The notes beneath the pieces are model-generated. The model was not told the DNA's origin and did not search any database. It saw only the letters and a list, made by a program, of their open reading frames with translations. A stretch of 20,010 bases of DNA from positions 1 to 20,010 of the forward strand of contig NW_021825422.1 in assembly GCF_006345805.1 (NCBI RefSeq), written 5' to 3'. Both the position numbers and the translations under genes were made by a program. The stretch is from Octopus sinensis (taxonomy: Eukaryota). Positions 8,583 to 19,705 of the stretch are shown piece after piece. How positions within the stretch are numbered: position 1 is the first letter of the stretch; each line of letters starts with the position of its first letter.

Positions 8583-9286
8583 ATATAGCATAAACCATAA
8601 TGATAATAGGCTGTCATGTGATATCAAATAAATTGATAACATATATATATAATACATTGCAGAAGCAACAAAGATATATAAAATCTATATATTCTTCTTC
8701 AACAATGCAATGTAACATACAGCATTCTCTGCTGTAGACAAAAATACACAGATCTGCATCAAAAACGCAACTCTCCTAGAAACAGCTGTAAAGTACTACA
8801 TGCAAATTTCTTTCTCAGCAACTCTCGTGGATTTTACTTTCTAGTTTAGGTTAAATCAACACCAAGGTCTTACTGAATTCTTTTCTATCTCATGGAGGGT
8901 ACTTATTTATGCCAAATCATTACAAACTTCTAGCTTCTAGATCTTTCCTGGTTTTCTGGTTTTCTTTCAATATGCTATAGAAATATGCTGTGGAATGATT
9001 TGATGCCATGCAAGTGCCAGTTCATGTTTTGTTGCATTATACCTGCATCAGCTTGACCAACACACTACATTAAGCCAGTTCTTATCTGCATCCGACATGC
9101 CAGCACTTGACTTTGGAGTTTAGGCGCTGGGTTCAGTCTGAGCATTAATTATTGTATGTATCTGTTATCTATGCCTCCTTTGGCACACCCTTAACTATTA
9201 CATATACATACATATCTGTGTGTGTGTGAAAATATGTATGCATGTGTGTGTGTGAGTGTATGAAAGTATGTATGCATGCGTGTGTG

Positions 9287-9328
<42 letters not shown>

Positions 9329-9531
9329 CATATGTATATATGTATATGTCTATCTGTCTGTCTATTTATCTATCTATCTACCTATCTCTCTCTCTCCATA
9401 TATATATATACATATATATACATACATATCATCATCATTGGTAAGCGGACGTTAAACGATGACGATGATGATATGTATGTATATATGTATATATATATGT
9501 AGATATTTATATTTATATATACATATATATG

Positions 9532-9759
9532 TTTCTTTATTGCCCACGAGGGGCTAAACATAGAGGGGACAAACAAGGACAGACCAACGGATTAAGTCGA
9601 TTACATCGACCCCAGTGCGTAACTGGTACTTAATTTATCGACCCCGAAAGGATGAAAGGCAAAGTCGACCTCGGCGGAATTTGAACTCAGAACGCAATGA
9701 CAGACGCAATACCGCTAAGCATTTCGCCCGGTGTGCTAACGTTTCTGCCAGCTCGCCGC
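9532..9759 (-). mobile_element. SINE family A monomer
   Basis: Reverse complement of the family A sequence, nearly full length. Confidence 0.85.
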
Positions 9760-9798
9760 AATATATACATATTACATATATAAATATTATATATATAT

Positions 9799-9845
<47 letters not shown>

Positions 9846-10086
9846 TATGTATATATATTTATATAAGTATATATAAAAATCTTATGTGTATACATGTATA
9901 TACAAATGTATTTATGTATGTGTGTGAATATATACTTAATATATATATGTATATATATAATATATTTCTATGTATATGTGTATGTGCTTACATATGTGTG
10001 TGAGTGTGTGTGTGTATGAGTGTGTGTGTGTATATATATACACACACACAATATCATCATCTGACACTTCTCTCTTTTATTTTCAG

Positions 10087-10235
10087 CCTCCCTTTATTGG
10101 TTAGCAACACAACTGATGCTGACAGCGATAACAACATCAACGACAACAACAACAGCATCAACAACATCGATGATGACTATGATGACAATGATGATGATGA
10201 TGGCTCTGACAATAACAATGAGCAGACCACTGTGA
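10087..10235 (+). CDS. Probable terminal coding exon D: ASLYWLATQLMLTAITTSTTTTTASTTSMMTMMTMMMMMALTITMSRPL-stop (hydrophobic tail, possible membrane anchor or GPI signal)
   Basis: Strong acceptor cttctctcttttattttcag (AG 10085-10086); a phase-1 join to exon C (G+CC=Ala) gives an open frame to TGA at 10233-10235. The exon C-D join is inferred. Confidence 0.6.
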
Positions 10236-10659
10236 ACACACACACACACACACACACACAACATGCATGTACACACACACACACACACATGCTTGTGACA
10301 GTGAAAGAATGAGAGAAAGACAGAGCGAAAGACAAAAGAAAAAGAGATCCTGTGTGGGTGTTTGTTTGTGTAAAGAGAACATACGGAAACCAAACCACCC
10401 GAGCCAACCATGACCACCACCACCACCACCACCACCACCACCACCACCACCACACACCCATTCCCTCGTTTACCTCTTTACTATTGTCTAGCTGGCTGGC
10501 TGGCTGGCTGAGTGGTTGGCTGGTTGGCTGGCTGGTTTTGGTGTGTCTGTGTGTCCTATGATATTTACAGCAATCTCTGTCTCTTAACACTAAAAGCAAA
10601 ATAATTCCCCCCCCGCCCCACAAACCACCACCACCACCACCTCCATACACATACAGCTT

Positions 10660-11070
10660 CATTCAATACACACACACACACACACAAAATTCTATACGCA
10701 CACACATGCACACATACACACACACACACTAAATTGTATACTTCACACACACATGCACACACACACTAAATTGTATACTGCACACACACACGCACGCATA
10801 CACACACACACTAAATTGTATACTTCACACACACACACACACACTCACACATGCACACACACACACACACACACTAAATTGTATACTTCACACACACACA
10901 CACACTCACACATGCACACACACACACACACACACACACATGCACTCACACATGCACACACACACACACACACTAAATTGTATACTTCACACACACACAC
11001 ACACGCACACACACATGCACACACACACACACACACACACTAAATTGTATACTTCACACACACACACACT
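10660..11070. repeat. (CA)n-based minisatellite with six ACTAAATTGTATACT cores
   Basis: Cores at 10728, 10765, 10810, 10873, 10972 and 11039. Confidence 0.9.
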
Positions 11071-11084
11071 CTACCACCTACACT

Positions 11085-12905
11085 GATGCAGGGACCCTCT
11101 AAGCTGTCTCTCAAAATGCTAGAAATAACAGCTACAAACAGTACAACACACACACAGACATACAGTCCCATACATACATATAGATATACAGGCACATACT
11201 TATACACACACACACACACACTCACACACTATCATCTACGCCACATAAATATTGATGCTAGGAGTTTCCAAGTGGTCTCTCAAAATGCTAGAAATAACAA
11301 CCAAAAATAGCACCGAACATGCACATACATACATATGCCCACATGCATACACATACACACACTACCAACTACGCTGACGCTGGGATCACCTCAGTGGTTT
11401 CTCAGAATGCTAGAAATAACAGCCACAAACAGCACTACACACACAAAACATATACATACACAAACACACACACACACTTACACACACATGCACTCACAAA
11501 CACACACGTGCACTCACACACACTACCACCTATACCTCTACGACCGACACCATACCAATACCGATGCAGGGAGCACCTAGGTGGCCACTCAAAATGCTAG
11601 AAACAGCTGTCAAATATCCCTCGTCTCACACTACCACAACACGAACCATAGGCCATACACAACACCAACGCCCTCACCACTACAACCATACGCCATACAC
11701 AACACCAACACCCTCACCACTACAACCAACACTACACCAATAGCTACAATGGGAGTATTTAAGTGGCCACTATGACTGCTAGAAATAACAGCTACATGTA
11801 TCACCACATACCATGCACAACCCTACATACTACCACCTATGCCACAACCACCAATACTACTACACTGTTGTCAGGAACATTTACCTGGTCAATCAAAATG
11901 CTAGAAATAACAGCTACATGTATCACCACATACCATGCACAACCCTACATACTACCACCAACGCCACAACCACCAATACTACTACACTGATGTCAGGAAC
12001 ATTTTACCTGGTCAATCAAAATGCTAGAAATAACAGCTACATGTATCACCACATACCATGCACAACCCTACATACTACCACCTATGCCACAACCACCCAT
12101 ACTACTACACTGATGTCAGGAACATTTTACCTGGTCAATCAAAATGCTAGAAATAACAGCTACATGTATCACCACATACCATGCACAACCCTACAGACTA
12201 CCACCTATGCCACAACCACCCATACTACTACACTGATGTCAGGAACATTTTACCTGGTCAATCAAAATGCTAGAAATAACAGCTACATGTATCACCACAT
12301 ACCATGCACAACCCTACATACTACCACCTATGCCACAACCACCCATACTACTACACTGATGTCAGGAACATTTTACCTGGTCAATCAAAATGCTAGAAAT
12401 AACAGCTACATGTATCACCACATACCATGCACAACCCTACATACTACCACCTACGCTACAACCACCCATACTACTACACTGATGTCAGGAACATTTACCT
12501 GGTCAATCAAAATGCTAGAAATAACAGCTACATGCATCACCACATACCATGCACAACCCTACATACTACCACCTATGCCACAACCACCAATACTACTACA
12601 CTGATGTCAGGAACATTTTACCTGGTCAATCAAAATGCTAGAAATAACAGCTACATGTATCACCACATACCATGCACAACCCTACATACTACCACCTACG
12701 CTACAACCACCCATACTACTACACTGATGTCAGGAACATTTACCTGGTCAATCAATGTACTAGAAATAGCAGCCAAATCTCCCTCGTCTCACACACCTCA
12801 TATTCATCTAAGAAAACAAAGACTGGTCAATCAAAATGCTAGAAATAACAGCCAAATCTCCCTCATCTCACACACCTCATATTCATCTAAGAAAACAAAG
12901 ACATC
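11085..12905. repeat. Tandem array of 14 units sharing the core TCAAAATGCTAGAAATAACAGC; eight near-identical 122/123-bp units at about 11777-12760
   Basis: Cores at 11111, 11280, 11402, 11589, about 11771, 11893, 12016, 12139, 12262, 12385, 12507, 12630, 12752 and 12831. Confidence 0.92.
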
Positions 12906-13389
12906 GGTTAATGTGATCCTAAGTTCCTAAACATATAAATCAAAATGCAGACGTGATGGTCATGTGTTTTGTTTTTGTTTTTTTTTTTTTTTTTTTTACT
13001 AGAACCCCTTTGATCCCAGTTTTGTTCCGTCACAGCTGACCTGGGGTTAAACAATCAAATTGCCACCCGCCACCCCCCCGACACATCCCTCTCTACACAT
13101 AGAATTAAAACCCGCCCCAGCAATCACTGATTCTGTCTGGAAACACATTCCTGGGCGATGAGTCAGCTTCTTTCACTGACCACATCAGGCCCCCCACCAC
13201 CACTACCATCACCAGCACCACCACCACCACCACTCACCCCTACCAGACCTCCCGATGCCGCCGCTGCACCGACCTGCCCCAACCGTTTTCGCCGTTGCCG
13301 TCACTAAGCAAACTTGAACCGAGACGTCAGCATTACTAGCCGGCCGTTATTGTGTTATGCTGCACTGCTGACTGCTGGATGACTGCAGA

Positions 13390-13964
13390 TAACACACGCA
13401 CGCACAAATACACACACACATACACACACACGTGCATACACACATACACACACACGCACACACACATGCACACACACACACATACACACACACACATACA
13501 CACACATACACGCATACACACACATACACACACGCATACACACATGCATACACAGACACATATAGGCATACACACTCAAACATACACACACATACACACG
13601 CATACACACACATACACACACATGCATACACATACACGCTTGCACACACAAACACACATATGCATACACACTCACAAACATACACACACACACATACTCA
13701 CACACATGCATACACAGACACATATACGTATACACACTCACAAACATACACATACACGCACACACATGAACACACACACACATGCATGTACACTACACAT
13801 ACAATCTCAGGCATGGGATATACGTGTATATGTTTATATATATTTAATTACATATATTAACACACACACACACACACACAAGCGTGTATTTATTATTGCA
13901 TTCTGTAGAATGTTGCTTATTCTATATACACACATGCATACCTACATATACATAATATAATATA

Positions 13965-13997
<33 letters not shown>

Positions 13998-14161
13998 CAC
14001 ACACATATAGCTATATAAACATATATATGTATATATGCTATATATATATATATAGCTATATATATTATGTATATATATATATGTAGATATATAATATTAT
14101 ATATATGATATAATATAGATGTCTATATATATATATATATATATAATATATAGTATAGATA

Positions 14162-14194
<33 letters not shown>

Positions 14195-14283
14195 GTATAT
14201 CTATATATGTATAGATATAGATGTATAGAGGTATATATATATTTATATATATATATATATATATATATGATGGAATATATATA

Positions 14284-14324
<41 letters not shown>

Positions 14325-14409
14325 TATATATATATTGTATATTATATATATATGATATAATATAGATCTGATATATAATATATATAGTATATATATATAT
14401 ATGTATATA

Positions 14410-14454
<45 letters not shown>

Positions 14455-14480
14455 GTATATATATATATATATATATATAC
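13390..14480. repeat. Compound (CA)n/(CATA)n microsatellite followed by (AT)n
   Basis: Direct reading. Confidence 0.9.
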
Positions 14481-15335
14481 ATAATTTGCAGGGAGCTAAA
14501 TTTTATACCTCACTACGCAAATTTCTTAGATCATCAGAAATACATACATACATTCAAATATATATATGGTATTATATATAACATATATGTACATAAATAC
14601 AATTAGATAGTATCTCCTATTTTCACTCTCTCTCCTTTAATATATATAAATATAATATAATATATATATATACACACATTATATATACATTATAACATAT
14701 ACATATGTATATATATATACATAATAAAATATTACATCCTTAATGCTGAGTCTGTTTGAGTCATTATTTGGCAGTTCTCTAGTCTTGGTCTTACACTTAG
14801 TCACCCTCGCACCCTCATCAATCCCACCTCCTCCATCAATTACTGAAGACGAAGAATGAAAAACTCTTAAACATACATATATATGTACATAAACATATAT
14901 AAATATACACGCATACATACATTCATACAGATATATATACACACACATATACGTATACACACACACATATATATGTGTGTGTTTATATGTATATATATAT
15001 GTGTATATATATATTATATTATATATATATATATATATATACACATGCGTATGTGTGTTGATACAGTGTAATGCTTTTTAATGTGTGATAACAAAAACGA
15101 AAATTCATCAGAGAACTAAATACTGTTATAGATTGGATGTGTGAATATTAAATTGTATAATAATTTAGTTTGTCCAATGCATTCAATTTGAAGAATGCAC
15201 AATGGTGAAACTGTGCACTAATGGAAGTATAAATAGACTATTATACCATTTAATACATACGTATACATATATGCATGTATTTATATCCACATACAAACAC
15301 ATGTACATTGACACATACACACACATGAGCATACT

Positions 15336-15367
<32 letters not shown>

Positions 15368-15512
15368 CACATATATATACATACACCTATACATTGATAC
15401 ATACAAACATACAGACATACATAGGCATGATTGTGAAACTAATGGCAGCATGAATAACCTATTATCCTGTGTAATACATACAACCATGAACACACACACA
15501 CATATGTGTGTA

Positions 15513-15553
<41 letters not shown>

Positions 15554-16155
15554 TCATATATATATATATACATACACATATATATATATATATTAATTCA
15601 TACTTGTCCACATATATACATATTCGTACATTCCGATTCAAGAGATTAGTTATTAGCAGATCATTCCAAACACACCTTCCTCAAAATCCCCATGTATAGA
15701 TAAGTGTGTGTATATATATAGATATATATATTATACACACACTCATATATATACATATATATATACACACACAAATACATACATACACATATGCATGCAT
15801 ACATGCATACATACATACATACATACATACATACATACATACATACATACATACATACATACATACATACATACATGTATATATATATATGACTTGTACC
15901 GAAGCTCATATGTATAATATTTGAGAATAACTGCTGTGAAACCCCTAATTTTTTCTACCCAAATTATAGGTTTGTGTTTGTACCAGTAATTACCTTTACA
16001 CTTTATTCAATTACTAATTATTTGTGCAATAACACACTTGAACACACACCACACACACACACACACATGTATCTGTGTGGTGTGTGTGTGATATATATAA
16101 TATATATTATATATCTATATACATATATATACATACATACGTACATACATATATA

Positions 16156-16194
<39 letters not shown>

Positions 16195-16511
16195 TTTATA
16201 CATTATAATAGATATACATATATGTATATATATAAAGGAAAACCAAAATGCAACATGGAAATATACAGAAATACACAGAACAATTAAACTTGGAAAATCT
16301 CTCATTAACCATGGAGACCAAACTCATTCTAGTTTCAGCACATGACATATACATACTATATACACACATTTTACATATAGGTATGTATTGATGTATATGT
16401 TTACACATCTACATATGTATATATGTGTGTGAATATGCTTTTCTATATGCATATTATACATGGATACATACATACATACATACATATATATATATATGTG
16501 TGTAATTATAT

Positions 16512-16558
<47 letters not shown>

Positions 16559-16761
16559 AATATATATACTTTATTTTTATAAGCAGCAGAAAATTCAACA
16601 AAACCTGTTACTCTGAGTGGTCCATAAATTATATTATTATTGTTATTATTATTATTATTATATATATATATATTATACACAAATACACACAATCATACAT
16701 ACACATACATATATATATGTGTGTGTATATATATAATATAATATATATTATATATATATAT

Positions 16762-16960
16762 GTAGGTCCCGGGTTGAGTCGGGGTTAACCACAGTAAATA
16801 AGGTACTCAATACATAGCAGAGTAAATTAATTTATTTTATAGAAGGAGCTTCTACAGGACTAGAACTGTTTCATTCAAAAGAAATCATCAGGAGCTTCCT
16901 GATGATTTCTTTTGAATGAAACAGTTCTAGTCCTGTAGATGCTCCTTCTATAAAATAAAT
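16762..16960. mobile_element. Fold-back relic with 64-bp inverted arms (16830-16893 and 16897-16960), probably a Penelope-like element pseudo-LTR, inserted in (TA)n
   Basis: The arms are exact reverse complements except for one base, with a 3-nt GCT spacer; contains a hammerhead core; (TA)n on both flanks. The PLE assignment rests on the known PLE-hammerhead association; no RT or GIY-YIG sequence is present. Confidence 0.55.
16890..16946 (+). ncRNA. Type I hammerhead ribozyme motif (minimal, Penelope-type)
   Basis: Stem I AGGAGCUUC (16890-16898) pairs with GAUGCUCCU (16938-16946), 8 of 9 bp. Core CUGAUGA at 16899-16905. Stem II UUC/GAA with a UUUU loop, closed by U.U. GAA at 16918-16920. Stem III ACAG (16921-16924)/CUGU (16933-16936), loop UUCUAGUC. 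GUA cleavage triplet at 16935-16937. Confidence 0.72.
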
Positions 16961-17039
16961 ATATATATATATATAATTTATACACAAATACACACACTCA
17001 CCTCACACATGCACACATTCATACATACACACATACTAT

Positions 17040-17096
17040 ATATGTGTGTGTATGTATGTATGTATGTATATATTATATATATATATATATAATTTA

Positions 17097-17160
<64 letters not shown>

Positions 17161-17207
17161 CATTATATATATATATATATATATATACAATATATATATA
17201 TATATAT

Positions 17208-17250
<43 letters not shown>

Positions 17251-17892
17251 ATAAGTATGTATGTATGTATATGTACATGGACAATTGTTTTTTGCCCATC
17301 ATCAGAGATGCATTGGACTATGTAAGAACAGGTTTGCATAAAATTTCAGAAATATTTCCACTTTTTTCCCCTCAAAAATGAACAAATCGAACAACCTCAT
17401 ATTGTCCCAAAAAGTCTCCCATCTGACCTCTTTCCAAACCATTCCAAAAAACCCTTCTTCCCAGTTCTTTGGCATAAATATATACATATACACAAATATA
17501 TATATATACGCATACATATGTATTTGCCATACATAAAGGCATGTGCACAGAATTGTTGATGAAATCCATTTTGGGTCATGACTGTACATACATTTATGCA
17601 CTCATTACATGAGTGTGAGTATATCTGCACTTGCACCTGGGTGCATGCAGGTACCAATTCCTCCATATACTTATATTTATGGACTTGTTTTCATTCCAAT
17701 GATTTGATTTCTGTAAAGAAGAACTTAAATGTCAATAGAAAAAAAACATATACATACAAACACACACACATACTCATATATATGCGTGTATGTATATATA
17801 TATAATATATTTTCATGCATATATATATATATATATATATAATATATAGGTATATATATATCTATATATATATATATTAATATAGGTATATA

Positions 17893-17956
<64 letters not shown>

Positions 17957-18151
17957 TATATGGTATATATACATATATATATGTATGTAATATATACATA
18001 TATATATGTATGTATATATTACATATATATGTATATGTATATACATATATATATGTATGTATATATTTACATATATATGTATATGTATATATATATATAT
18101 GTATATATATATTATATATATATGTGTATATATGCATATATATATACATGC

Positions 18152-18223
<72 letters not shown>

Positions 18224-18330
18224 CAAAACTACACTACTATATAAGCTTGTACATGCACATAAATACATATATTTAATGATTATATATATATATATTTGCA
18301 TATATATATATATATATGTATATATATATG

Positions 18331-18361
<31 letters not shown>

Positions 18362-18410
18362 GTGTGGTATATATGTGGTGTATATAGATATATATATATA
18401 TATATGAATA
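17040..18410. repeat. Large (AT)n/(ATAC)n microsatellite blocks (17040-17275 and 17810-18410) around a short unique segment
   Basis: Direct reading. Confidence 0.9.
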
Positions 18411-18467
18411 GGGTGGGCCACAAGTCATGCTCCAAAACACCCCCATTTTATTTATATTGCATTATTA

Positions 18468-18518
<51 letters not shown>

Positions 18519-18681
18519 TATTCATTTTCTTCATCATGTACAAGTATGTGAGTATTCATCTTATTTTATTTATTTTCTTCAATTTTAGACAATTCAGGAG
18601 CATATGCAACTTATTTTGTGGTGAATTTGGCCTACCCTGTATGTGGTACATATATACTACCATATATATATATATATATAT

Positions 18682-18725
<44 letters not shown>

Positions 18726-18975
18726 AAAACCACACACTCACATGCACATACAAAACAAAGAGAGAGAACGTTTAAGTACAACTACTCCGGGAACCTCTCC
18801 AAATTCTCCGCTCGGATTACAAATTTACATGTGTACCGGTATTTACAGGTACCCCCTCTTTATATTACTTGAACATTTATATAATAGTCTGAAAAATCTG
18901 GGATTTTCAGAGACAGAAACGGAACAAGAAACTTGCATTCCGCAAATTTCAGTTTGTAAACGGAACAGTGAAAAT

Positions 18976-19126
18976 ATGCAAGACTTTTCTAAAATCCATC
19001 TTGTAATTCTTTATTGTTGTTATTATTATTATTATTATTACTTAAACTCAAATCATGTTGTTGTTGTTGTTTTAGTTGTTTCTTTTTATTGTTCTGTTTG
19101 TTATTATTATTGTTGTTTAACCACAG
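18976..19126 (+). CDS. Candidate first coding exon of a downstream gene: MQDFSKIHLVILYCCYYYYYYYLNSNHVVVVVLVVSFYCSVCYYYCCLTT (phase-1 donor)
   Basis: ATG with A at -3 (18976); hydrophobic signal-like peptide; consensus donor CAG|GTGAGT at 19127; upstream TATATAA at 18878 and TCAG at 18907-18910. No downstream exon is visible in the window. Confidence 0.3.
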
Positions 19127-19221
19127 GTGAGTCCTAACTTTATGATTTAAAGGTTTCTAGCCATTTGTTTGTACATTCGTGTATGCATGTGTGTGCATAT
19201 GTATGTGTGTGTGTATGTGCA

Positions 19222-19253
<32 letters not shown>

Positions 19254-19300
19254 CATATATATATATACATACATACATATATATATACATACATATATAT

Positions 19301-19593
19301 ATCACCGTGACCGAACAGGCTATCAGATGTTGCTTCACATTGCTGGTCACAATGCGCTTCACATTGTTTTAGCCTTCAAATGACGCCACCCCGCTGGCTA
19401 AGCGAGCGGGCCAACAGAAGAAAGAGTGAGAGAAATTTGTGGCGAAAGAGTACAGCAGGGATCGCCACCACCCCCTGCCGGAGCCTCATGGAGCTTTAGG
19501 TGTTTTCGCTCACAACGCCCTGTCTGGGAATCGAAACCGCGATCCTACGACCGTGAGTCCACTGCCCTAACCACTGGGCCATTGCGCCTCCAC
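19301..19593 (-). mobile_element. tRNA-derived SINE (distinct family, tRNA-Arg-like head)
   Basis: Minus strand gtggaggcgcaaTGGCCCAGTGGttagggc...gcGGTTTCGATTCCcag shows A and B boxes; body ends tcggtcacggtgat followed by (AT)n. Confidence 0.8.
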
Positions 19594-19615
19594 ACACACA
19601 TACATATATATATAT

Positions 19616-19648
<33 letters not shown>

Positions 19649-19665
19649 AAAGTGTACGTACGCTG

Positions 19666-19700
<35 letters not shown>

Positions 19701-19705
<5 letters not shown>

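Noticed and set aside
8640-9200. Unique intronic segment as an extra exon or transposase relic
   Set aside because: The candidate acceptor at about 8818 hits a stop after eight codons, and no recognisable motif was found in the frames I read.
11085-12905. CRISPR-like appearance (conserved 22-nt repeat with variable spacers)
   Set aside because: Spacers are 57-165 bp, low-complexity and mutually homologous or identical; the core is not palindromic; no cas genes; eukaryotic context.
17302-17601. Trp/Phe-rich minus-strand ORF (MPKNWEEGFFGMVWKEVRW...)
   Set aside because: No recognisable domain or splice signals; partly microsatellite; consistent with a chance ORF.
13336-18775. Numerous HT/CV/YI-repeat ORFs
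   Set aside because: Dinucleotide microsatellite translations with no splice or codon evidence.
19520-19593. Possible tRNA-Arg gene
   Set aside because: A and B boxes are present but there is no acceptor-stem pairing, and it continues into a SINE body: a tRNA-derived SINE head.
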